DNA from: an uncultured bacterium
GTDB taxonomy: Bacteria; Poribacteria; WGA-4E; WGA-3G
NCBI GenBank assembly: GCA_964523645.1
Contig: CAZGAW010000001.1
Location: 3,305-67,304 of the forward strand
Length of the DNA: 64,000 nt
Direction: 5' to 3'
In this document: piece by piece, positions 1-8,095 of the stretch
How positions within the stretch are numbered: the stretch's first letter is position 1
Layout of the letters: every line of letters begins with the position of its first letter
The notes under the pieces: generated by a model
The model's input: the letters and a program-made list of their open reading frames with translations, nothing else
Database searches by the model: none
What the model was told of the DNA's origin: nothing
Made by a program: the position numbers and the translations under genes

Positions 1-135
1 AAAATCGTCGGTGTTTTGGGCGATCAATACGGATTGCCCATCGTGCTTGACGGGTTGGTGATGATTCCGGTGGTGCTGGCACCGCTCCTGATTCTGCTAC
101 GCGATCAACCGAATTTGTCGAGACCGAATGTTTAG
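1..135 (+). CDS. 3' end of an integral-membrane protein gene (partial, enters from window start)
   Basis: Frame 1 is open from nt 1 to a TAG near 133-135. The translated tail ...GLPIVLDGLVMIPVVLAPLLILLRDQPN is a hydrophobic TM segment. Family not identifiable. Confidence 0.4.
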   Translation, partial: KIVGVLGDQYGLPIVLDGLVMIPVVLAPLLILLRDQPNLSRPNV

Positions 136-287
136 GAGTTGTCGGTTGTGAGTTGTGGGTTGTGGGTTGTCAGTAAGAACGTGCGATGAATCGCACTACT
201 ACCAACGCGTTTATTGTAGTTGTCAACGGTCGGAACCCCCTAAATCCCCCTTATCAGGGGAACTTTGAAAAGGCAAGCAGTAAAAAA

Positions 288-314
288 TCGCGAGCACAGC
301 TCGCTCCTACAAGA
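288..314 (-). repeat. REP-like element (GC hairpin GCGAGC-aca-GCTCGC followed by CCTACAAG, i.e. a CTTGTAGG head on the minus strand)
   Basis: Palindrome read directly from the sequence. Other intergenic sites in the window share the same architecture, a GTAG head followed by a short GC palindrome. Confidence 0.5.
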
Positions 315-407
315 GTTGTCAGTTATCAGTTTTCGGTTTTCAGTATAAGAAATTTGACGACATCAGCGTTCTCTTTAACTGACAACTGCCGACTGACTGC
401 TGACAAC
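315..407. repeat. Long imperfect hairpin with CAGT/GTTGT-rich 30-nt arms and a conserved 34-nt loop (family copy 1)
   Basis: The arm gttgtcagttatcagttttcggttttcagt matches the reverse complement of ctgacaactgccgactgactgctgacaac at about 21/30 positions. The loop ataagaaatttgacgacatcagcgttctctttaa is about 90% identical to the loop at 48189-48223. Confidence 0.55.
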
Positions 408-412
408 TATTA

Positions 413-1504
413 TCAGAAATGGTACAACAGGCTTAGGAAGTGTGTGCTGATGAGGTCGCCGAGGAGGAGTGCGTAATCGAGGCGGAATTGGCGGACCTGA
501 ATGCCGATTCCACTGGTAATGCGACCGTCACGGTAACCGACACGGATTGCCAGCGGTTGGCTGATATGATATTCTACACCGAGATGCATTTGCCCGCCGT
601 AACGCTGCTGCCACTGAAAGGAAAGAATCAGTTCTCGATTGAAAACGCGATTGTTCGTATACGCCAGCCCGATATTCCAATTCGCTGGAATAGATTCTTT
701 CGGGGCAGACAAGGTGTTCCAGTGTAAAGTCGTCTTTGAGATGTCCTGCAGATTGATACCAAAAGCGAGGCTTCCGAAGTCCTCCAAACTGAAGAGCGCA
801 TTCAAATCAGGCAATCGGACGAGTAATCCCGCATCAAAGCCGTAGCCCCAACTCCCATAATCATAGATATCAAGATCTCCGCCGCTCAGGTTCTGCGTAA
901 TCAATTTCGTATTCACACCGACCATAAACTCCGGTGGAAGCGATTCCCTTCCGAAGTTATCCCACCACGATTGACTCACGCCCCAGCGCGTCGCAAGCGT
1001 CAAAATATAGGCGTTTTCGCTGTCGTTGAGGTAACCCGCTGGAACGAAGTCGGATTCTCGGGGTCGGTTTCTTGCGAGGTTCCGGCGTGCGTCTGCACTA
1101 ATGTGCGGATCAAACGCTGGAACGAGTGGATAGATCGGAATATCGTCTACACCTGCCCGAAGCCATGACAGCCCAAGGTTGAGCCTTGATAAAACCCGTG
1201 TTGTACCACTGATATAGTTGAACGCCCCTAATCCGGAACGCCGTGCAGCATGCATCAGACAGAATTGGTAATTATCGGGGACACCTGCGATACCGGCAGG
1301 ATTCCAATAGGTAGCGGTCGCATCATCAGCGATACTCACGTAGGCACCACCTAATCCGAGCGCTCTGCCGCCCACACCGTTCGTCAGAAAATCGCCCGTG
1401 TAGTTTTCGGCGGCGACGGGTAAAATAGCAATACACCCCCATCCGATGAGTATCGCTATAACACAGTGGAGCGGATTAAATTTCCGTTGTCGCAATTTAG
1501 TCAA
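413..1504 (-). CDS. Outer-membrane beta-barrel protein, PorV/PorQ (UPF0164-like) family
   Basis: 363-aa ORF with an N-terminal signal peptide. The motif GGRALGLGGAYVSIADDATATYWNPAGIAG is typical of PorQ/PorV-like barrels, and the C-terminus ends in F. Confidence 0.6.
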   Translation of the reverse strand: MTKLRQRKFNPLHCVIAILIGWGCIAILPVAAENYTGDFLTNGVGGRALGLGGAYVSIADDATATYWNPAGIAGVPDNYQFCLMHAARRSGLGAFNYISGTTRVLSRLNLGLSWLRAGVDDIPIYPLVPAFDPHISADARRNLARNRPRESDFVPAGYLNDSENAYILTLATRWGVSQSWWDNFGRESLPPEFMVGVNTKLITQNLSGGDLDIYDYGSWGYGFDAGLLVRLPDLNALFSLEDFGSLAFGINLQDISKTTLHWNTLSAPKESIPANWNIGLAYTNNRVFNRELILSFQWQQRYGGQMHLGVEYHISQPLAIRVGYRDGRITSGIGIQVRQFRLDYALLLGDLISTHFLSLLYHF

Positions 1505-1559
1505 TTGATTTCTGGTTCCTTTGAAAAGATAGACGACACACAGCGTGTGCCTCCTACTT

Positions 1560-2423
1560 TTAAACTCTGTTCAGATCGAACGCATTCCAATAGTACTGAT
1601 ATTGTGAGGAGGTCCAATCCTTGTAAATCTCGTCCCACGCCATCCGATTGAAATGCGGCAAAAGCGAACCTTCCGTGACGGGTTTGGAGTGTCCCTGATA
1701 GCGATAATCTACCGAGAGGCGTATCCGATCCGAGGTTTGGTTCGGCAATCCTTTATGAATGACATGGCTGTGAAAGAAGAGCGCATCACCAATCTCGTAA
1801 TCAGTACCGACCCAACGGAATCCGTCCGCTTCCAATGGTTCCGTATCAACACCGACCCCTCCTGCCCCAAACGCCGGTTTGACTGGATATATGCCATTTT
1901 GATGCGATCCTGAAAGCACTGCCAATCCGCCCAACGTTTCTGGACAGTCCCCAAGCGGTATCCATCCGGTATAGGTTTCCTCTGTCCCGCGAATGTGGAT
2001 GAAATCTTGATGTGCAGGCGTTGTGTATTTTGTGTTCTCTGGGAACATAATTCTTCCAATATTCCGCGGATGCACGAGTGTCTGCTCCTCGAAGAGTTTG
2101 TCGCACGCGTCCAAAATCGCGGGATGGTGCGCAAACGCGTGGAAGGATTCCATGCACTGGAACTCGTCCAAAACGGGCCAATAGCCGTCATCGCCTTCCA
2201 TGAAGGGACCGCCTGTGCGGATACCGTCCATCAGTTTTTCTCCGCCTTCTGCCCATCCGTGCCGATGGCAGATTTCTAAGAAATCGCGGCGCAGGTTGTT
2301 GATAGAATCGGTATCAATCAAGCCACGAAAAAAGAGATAACCGTCCTGTCGTGCCTGTTCCCGGAGTTTTTCAGGTTCATCTAAGAGTGCATTTGAAACG
2401 TTAAAGGGTTCGATTCTTGCCAT
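1560..2423 (-). CDS. Phytanoyl-CoA dioxygenase (PhyH) family Fe(II)/2-oxoglutarate oxygenase
   Basis: The ORF contains HQDFIH...GW and a distal FFHSHVIHKG motif plus RLSVDYRY. I chose the internal start MARIEPF (aa 30 of the track ORF) because an AAGGAG RBS lies about 6 nt upstream. Confidence 0.8.
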   Translation of the reverse strand: MARIEPFNVSNALLDEPEKLREQARQDGYLFFRGLIDTDSINNLRRDFLEICHRHGWAEGGEKLMDGIRTGGPFMEGDDGYWPVLDEFQCMESFHAFAHHPAILDACDKLFEEQTLVHPRNIGRIMFPENTKYTTPAHQDFIHIRGTEETYTGWIPLGDCPETLGGLAVLSGSHQNGIYPVKPAFGAGGVGVDTEPLEADGFRWVGTDYEIGDALFFHSHVIHKGLPNQTSDRIRLSVDYRYQGHSKPVTEGSLLPHFNRMAWDEIYKDWTSSQYQYYWNAFDLNRV

Positions 2424-2725
2424 AATTCGCTCCTTGCTTGTGAAAACAGAGACGTGCCAACCTTGTGTCCGTATTAAAGATATTATACCAACAAAAAGCG
2501 GACGTGTCAACTGCGATAGGAAATTCAGTTGTCAGTTTTCAATACAATTCGCGATTCCCTATTTTCACATCTTTGGTTGTAAACCGCTCGGTTTTCTTCA
2601 AAAAAATGGTTTGTATCATTATTTTTATCTGCAATTTCAGAAATGTGATACAATTTCGACAATACAAGTGAAACACGAGGTTGAATTCAAGATTCGCGAC
2701 AACTTACCAATTTCGGAGGAGCCTT

Positions 2726-3907
2726 ATGCTTAGCATCAAACATCTCGAAGCGATTCCGTTGAACGTGCCGTTCTATCACGAACGGGTCAGCCGACACATG
2801 CACCGTGCATTGACGCACGGCGAACGGGTTCACGTTTATCGGGTCGAACTCAGCAACGGTGTTATCGGATACGGCGAAAATTTATCAGATGAATCGGCGA
2901 ACATTGAACAATTGATCGGACAGAACGCGTTTGCATGTATGCGCGATGATAGCGTCGGGTTCGGTATCCAGATGTCGCTATACGATGCCGTCGGAAAATC
3001 CGTTGATGTGCCGGTCTATCAACTCATCGGACCGAAGGTGCGTGAAAGGTGTCCGATTTCGTGGTGGGACATCGATATGCCGCCGGAGGATTGGGTGGCA
3101 GAGGTCCAAGAATCGGTGAAGCGGGGGTATACGTCTGCGAAACTCAAAGCGCGTCCGTGGCGAGACATCTTCGCGCAGGTTGACGCTGTCGGTGATGCTG
3201 TGCCAGCGGATTATCGACTTGATATCGACTTCAACGGGTTTCTGCGGACTGCGGATAACGCGATCCCTGTGTTGCAGCAATTAGATGAACACCCGAACGT
3301 CGCTATCTACGAGAGTCCTTACTATCTCGGCACGGATGTAGAAGGTGCAGCGCGGTTGCAGGCGGCTGTTCAGAAACGGATCGTCGAGCATTTCAACGAA
3401 TCGTGTTTGCATGCGCGCTGTTGTGGTGGGTTCGTTGTCGGCGGCGGTGTGAACTCGTTATTGCGGACGAACGCGCTCTGTGCTTCGTTTGCGCAACCCT
3501 ACTGGCTTCAGATGGTTGGCACGGGTATCACAACGGCATATTCGGTGCATCTCGGTGCAGTGTTATCCCAAGCGGAATTGCCGGCGATTACGTGTCATGA
3601 GTTATGGGAATCGGACTTGCTCGAAACGCGGCTCGCTGTCGTTGATGGAACGATTGCGGTTACGGATGCTCCGGGACTCGGCGTTACGATAGACGAGGCA
3701 GCATTGGCGGAATATCGCGTTGAGCCTTCTACACCGACACCGCAGCAGTTGTTCAATCAGACCGATTATACGTGCAGGGTGCATATCCCAGACGGTAGCG
3801 GTGGCGAGACGGTTCACGATTTCGATAACGAGGGGGTCTATTATCCAGCGTTCAGCGATGGCGAGTATCCGGGGTTTGTGCCGGGGGTTTGGATGGAAGT
3901 GGTTTGA
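2726..3907 (+). CDS. Enolase-superfamily enzyme (mandelate racemase/muconate lactonizing enzyme family)
   Basis: Capping-domain N-terminus (IPLNVPF...VYRVELSNGVIGYGE) and barrel motifs (KLKARP, DIDFNG, IYESPY). The start at MLSIKHLE follows a GGAGG RBS. Confidence 0.8.
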   Translation: MLSIKHLEAIPLNVPFYHERVSRHMHRALTHGERVHVYRVELSNGVIGYGENLSDESANIEQLIGQNAFACMRDDSVGFGIQMSLYDAVGKSVDVPVYQLIGPKVRERCPISWWDIDMPPEDWVAEVQESVKRGYTSAKLKARPWRDIFAQVDAVGDAVPADYRLDIDFNGFLRTADNAIPVLQQLDEHPNVAIYESPYYLGTDVEGAARLQAAVQKRIVEHFNESCLHARCCGGFVVGGGVNSLLRTNALCASFAQPYWLQMVGTGITTAYSVHLGAVLSQAELPAITCHELWESDLLETRLAVVDGTIAVTDAPGLGVTIDEAALAEYRVEPSTPTPQQLFNQTDYTCRVHIPDGSGGETVHDFDNEGVYYPAFSDGEYPGFVPGVWMEVV

Positions 3908-4250
3908 TGTTTTGCTGGATATGATGCTGATAAATCGGGTTGGCGATTTCACACATTCTATTAGCACCTTTTACAATAACGCCATAAGTTACGAGTTCAT
4001 ACATGATTTCATTGTCTATATTGAAGGGCAAGCCTCTCTTATAAGACATGATTCGGATAAGCAGGCTCTCAAATCGGCGATCCCTGCGAATATTGGTCAG
4101 CAGATGTCTAATGTTGGTATTCTCTTCCTTAAGAAGCTGCGCGTGTGCTTTTGCAAAATGCGCCAGCGCAATCGTTTCGGTTTTAGGTATATCCATTTCC
4201 TCAGTGAGAATCTGTGCACACCGATTAACGAGGAAGGGCTGCCCAGCCAT
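3852..4250 (-). pseudogene. Orphan C-terminal fragment resembling AAA-like (AAA_35/PF14516-type) ATPase tails
   Basis: The 132-aa ORF opens with the AGQPFLVNRCAQIL motif, which resembles the GGQPFLTQKLC box found late in AAA_35 proteins. No ATPase part lies upstream, because a terminator hairpin abuts at 4274-4305. The fragment overlaps the convergent enolase-family gene by 56 nt. Confidence 0.4.
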
Positions 4251-4273
4251 CTGTTTGTGAATAGCAGTTATAA

Positions 4274-4305
4274 TAAAAAAAGAGCCATAGTTTAAACTAT
4301 GGCTC
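4274..4305 (-). terminator. Rho-independent terminator of the 4368-5155 gene
   Basis: Perfect 10-bp stem gagccatagt/actatggctc with a ttaa loop, followed on the minus strand by a T7-8 run. Confidence 0.6.
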
Positions 4306-4367
4306 AGATGAATGTGTTATGATGTATGAATTGGTTTTATATTTGGAAGATATATCTGTCTATCTTA

Positions 4368-5155
4368 TTAGGGGTTCATCTTAAGGTGTGCCCATGTCGC
4401 AGCAAGTTTGCCGTATGGTTCAACAGCGAGGAACTCATCGTGAAGTGTAGCGGCATAGAACAACAAGTTTTCTATAAACGGGAGGTTCATATCGACTTGT
4501 GCCTGATCTTCATTCTGCATCGCCGTGATAATATAGGCACCATCTCCGTAGTAAAGGAGTGCCACAATGAGATGATTACCGACCCTCGCGAGTGGAATAT
4601 ACGCAGGATCGGCATTGTGCCATTTATCGTTCGTCCGAATAACCTTTATCTTGTTTGGCTCGGTAAAAAGCGTTCCAATCTCCGGTGCTTTTGTTATTTC
4701 AAAATTCTCTGTGCCACCGGTTTCATCACCGTTTAGCGGTTTAGGTAGCCACGGTGTAGGGCATCCAATAGCATCATCATGATCCTGCTCAACGTTAATA
4801 CAGACACCCCCGTTCTCAACAAAGGACAAAACAGCGTCCGCGCCTTGATCTGTGAAACGCCATCCACCTTCGCAAATTTCACCTTGTCCCAACCAGAGAA
4901 TATCATAGTCCGCAGGATCTGCTTTGGCAAGCTTCGGATCTTGGGTAATCTCATAATCGAAGGTGAAATCCCCAATTTTTTTCACATTCTTACTAATCGT
5001 TGGTGCTTCAACGTTGGTTGTATTATTTCCCAACATCAAAACTTTTTTTCTGTCGCTGCTGTTGACACACCAGACAACATCATCATAGTAAAAAGAACGC
5101 ACAACCCGTAAACCGAAACGGTTTTAAGTTGACCTGCCTTTGTAAATCTTTTCAT
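4368..5155 (-). CDS. Secreted hypothetical protein, split into a signal-peptide ORF and a mature-domain ORF by a -1 frame change at an A7 tract
   Basis: Track ORF 5036..5275 contains MKRFTKAGQLKTVSVYGLCVLFTMMMLSGVSTAATEKKF*, a classic signal peptide. Track ORF 4368..5102, in the -1 frame, carries the 230-aa body but has only a GTG start inside the signal-peptide region. The two frames meet at A_AAA_AAG. Confidence 0.55.
5042..5048 (-). other. A_AAA_AAG heptamer (dnaX-type -1 slippery site, or a homopolymer indel)
   Basis: In the zero frame the sequence reads GA A AAA AAG TTT TGA. A -1 slip gives AAA AAA GTT TTG ATG, which continues as the VLMLGNN... body ORF. Confidence 0.35.
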
Positions 5156-5451
5156 TTTCTTGAGTCGCTCCTTTTGATGCGATACTAACCTATGTACGTC
5201 CCAAAACATTAAGGTTTCACTGATCTTTTGTTCTGGCAGACATCTAATTAATCGACATTTTAAGTATGCCCTCATAATGTTGTGAAAAGTTGGAAATGCT
5301 ATAGAAATTTGATATTAAATTCATGGAGAAAATGTTATGGAAAGTTGGAAATGGTGTAGAGATATGATTGTAAAATCGTGACGAATTTGTAAAGGCGGAT
5401 TGTTAGGGTTACACGCCTCCCGTTGAAAACCTACTTATCAGTCAATTTCGT

Positions 5452-5948
5452 CTTGTAGGTTGGGTAGAGCGGAACCGTGAAAGACCACGCTGGCAACACA
5501 AATATATCTCAATGCCATACAGAATTGGACAACCCCGAGAACATAGCGAAACCCAACATTACACTGAAGACTGATCATTTATATAGATGTCACCCCTACG
5601 GGGTTTAGGATAATTGAGGAACCTTTTTCTACATAGATGTCGCCCCTACGGGGCTAAAACGGGATTGATACATCTCTTCTAACACTTCAAGGATATCGGG
5701 GGCATCGGTGAGGTAGACGCTTTCACCACATTCTTTGAGTTCATCGGGGGTGCCCTGGAGTGCTTCGGCGATGTCGCCTATAATCGCACCGAGCATGTTT
5801 TCTCCTAAAATAAGGTGAGTTGATATAAATGTGTAGTTGGATTGTTGGGTTTCGTTATGTCTGTTTTCATGGATGGATCATTGAAAAGTACGGTTCTCCT
5901 CATAGATTGAGGATTCTTGGTCCTTCACCACTCTACCCAACCTACGGG
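5452..5948. mobile_element. Foldback/MITE-like element with ~115-bp imperfect inverted arms
   Basis: The left arm (5452-5570) begins cttGTAGGTTGGGTAGAGcgg and ends ACATAgCGAAACCCAACA. The reverse complement of the right arm (5830-5948) begins cccGTAGGTTGGGTAGAGtgg and ends ACATAaCGAAACCCAACA. The core holds two copies of atagatgtc(a/g)CCCCtacGGGG and a 55-codon ORF. Confidence 0.45.
5629..5796 (-). CDS. Hypothetical 55-aa protein inside the foldback element
   Basis: An ATG preceded by the RBS TTAGGAGAAAAC. Translation: MLGAIIGDIAEALQGTPDELKECGESVYLTDAPDILEVLEEMYQSRFSPVGATSM. The last ~10 codons are encoded by the CCCCtacGGGG repeat, so the gene may be truncated. It is below the 60-aa cutoff of the ORF track. 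Confidence 0.3.
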   Translation of the reverse strand: MLGAIIGDIAEALQGTPDELKECGESVYLTDAPDILEVLEEMYQSRFSPVGATSM

Positions 5949-6175
5949 ATACTCATATTTTTTTTATCGAATTCACGTTTAATAAATAACAGTCTTGTCA
6001 CGATTATACTATATTTGAAGGAATTTGCCCCATTTATCATCAGAAGGGGCAAGGAAAAGGTGCATCTGGTGCGATTGGAAATTGCACTTACCCAGCGTCT
6101 CAGGTAACCCAGAAAAATAGGAGATTTTCTTGGCGATGTGTTATACTACCTTGAAGAAACAATAAGGATCATAAG

Positions 6176-6934
6176 ATGAAAGCAATTCTGACTTCTCTGA
6201 TGCTGTGCGCTATTTTTACGCTATTCGGGTGCGGTTCCGATGAAACGCCTACGCCGATCGAACCCAAACCAAACTACTTCCCCGATGCGGTTGGAAGTCG
6301 ATGGATCTATCGAAACAGTGACGGTCTCCAATGGACCCGTGAAGTTAGCGGCGAGACAGAGATTGAGGGAAAGGCGTATCGGATATTCACGGACACACCA
6401 CCAACTCAGGAAATCGAATTCGATTTTTTAAAGTCTATATACCATCGAGTTACCCCGAATCAAATTCTTTCCGTTGTCGGTGAAAAGGTAGAGCACTTCA
6501 TTGAAACCGAACTCCCGAAAGCTGTACAGGACGAATTTGCTGGCTTGGAATTGACCGCTGTCGTAGCACCAATTGCGTACCCGGAACTTGTTCTCCTCCA
6601 GACCGCATTGATTCCCAATCTACAATGGGAGGCATTCAATATAAAGGTTGAAGGGAGCATCATTCTGCAAAACCTTGTGCTGCTGCAAATACCTTTTGAA
6701 GTGCTTATAAGTGTCAAAGCGGAGGTTGTTGCCGAAAGTTCTCTCGAAATGTCTGCTGGAAACTTTGCGCAAGCATATCAGATAGAATACAAAACTGAAA
6801 TTACACGCACCCTTTTTTCGGGCGATGAAACGATAACCCATCATTTGACGGTATGGTTCGCTCCTCATGTGGGGATTGTCAAAACAGAAAATGAACACGG
6901 CACAACAGAACTGATTGAATATACGCTGCAATGA
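6176..6934 (+). CDS. Hypothetical lipoprotein
   Basis: The signal peptide carries the lipobox LFGC (MKAILTSLMLCAIFTLFGCGSDE). An extended -10 (TGTTATACT) lies about 35 nt upstream. No family recognised. Confidence 0.7.
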   Translation: MKAILTSLMLCAIFTLFGCGSDETPTPIEPKPNYFPDAVGSRWIYRNSDGLQWTREVSGETEIEGKAYRIFTDTPPTQEIEFDFLKSIYHRVTPNQILSVVGEKVEHFIETELPKAVQDEFAGLELTAVVAPIAYPELVLLQTALIPNLQWEAFNIKVEGSIILQNLVLLQIPFEVLISVKAEVVAESSLEMSAGNFAQAYQIEYKTEITRTLFSGDETITHHLTVWFAPHVGIVKTENEHGTTELIEYTLQ

Positions 6935-7995
6935 AAGTCGTTATTTTAAGTGACAATAAACCCGGGCATTACAAACAGTCGTTAGGTATTGTCGAAAAAA
7001 TGCCGGAATCCCAAACGGAATGGCTTGAGATACAATTTCGGCATAAGTGGCGCGACAACCTTCTGCGCGTTTTTATGTCTATCTTTGGAGGCGTATCCCT
7101 CTCTACGTCACTCATCCATACGCTCTTACGATGGAGTCTTACCGCCGAGACGTACCACGCGCTGTCACAACTGAAAACCGCTGATATTACGCTCTCAACG
7201 GGTTCATCTGTGGCAGCGACCAATCTGCTTCTCGGTAGAATTCTCGGTGCCAAGACGGTTACATGTCGAAGACCTTCACCAGTAGGCATCCAACATTTCG
7301 ATCTCGCGATTCTCCCGATGCTCTATTGGCGCAATACCTCACGCAACGGCAATGTCTGTCGAACCATCGGCGTGCCGAACCCTATTTCACCAGACACGCT
7401 GAATGCCCTGCGGCATCAGTTGAAAAGTGAACTGAACCTACCGGACTGTCGGCGCATCGGCATCCTCCTCGGTGGAACCGATCGGCACGAGACCATCACT
7501 ATAGCAGCTGCTTCACAACTTAGCGAGATTTGCCGAGCCGCTGCAGAGAAGATAGACACACAGATATTGGTAACGACCTCCCGTCGAACGCCACCAGATG
7601 TGACAGCACACTTGACATCAACACTGAAACACACCGACCGGTGCCCTCTTTTCACCACCGCTGACACACCTTCAGAATTTGAAGACCCCTACCAAGCAAT
7701 TCTTGCCTTAAGCGACCTACTCATCGTCACTGCGGACAGCTTTTCAATGGTATGTGAAGCGGCAAGCAGTGGACGTAAGGTTATCGTTCTAACCCTGTCA
7801 CAAGAAAGCATCAGACTGCCGAAGCGATACACAGTTTATGCGTATATGGAAGAACATTCTATTGTAAGTCGGTGCAGACTTGACGACTTAGCAGCCTACA
7901 TCGCGAATGCCCTCACTTCAGATACATCTAACACACCGCTTCAAGACACAAAAACAGCGGTGCATGCAATCCGTCAGTTAGTGGCAAATCGCTAA
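6931..7995 (+). CDS. ELM1/DUF1022-family putative glycosyltransferase-like protein
   Basis: The N-terminus KVVILSDNKPGHYKQSLGI matches the hallmark ELM1-family opening. The start overlaps the upstream stop (ATGA), suggesting translational coupling. Confidence 0.65.
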   Translation: MKVVILSDNKPGHYKQSLGIVEKMPESQTEWLEIQFRHKWRDNLLRVFMSIFGGVSLSTSLIHTLLRWSLTAETYHALSQLKTADITLSTGSSVAATNLLLGRILGAKTVTCRRPSPVGIQHFDLAILPMLYWRNTSRNGNVCRTIGVPNPISPDTLNALRHQLKSELNLPDCRRIGILLGGTDRHETITIAAASQLSEICRAAAEKIDTQILVTTSRRTPPDVTAHLTSTLKHTDRCPLFTTADTPSEFEDPYQAILALSDLLIVTADSFSMVCEAASSGRKVIVLTLSQESIRLPKRYTVYAYMEEHSIVSRCRLDDLAAYIANALTSDTSNTPLQDTKTAVHAIRQLVANR

Positions 7996-8095
7996 CCTGA
8001 GAAATTGTGGAACTTTCTCCTACATTCGGTGTGGTACCTTGTACAACACGCCCGTTGATACAAACCCCCAACAACCTTATTGAAGGAGACTCACA

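Noticed and set aside
186-476. 96-aa plus-strand ORF across the first intergenic region
   Set aside because: It is made almost entirely of the REP and hairpin repeats, has low-complexity composition, and overlaps the end of the porin-like gene. It is most likely not coding.
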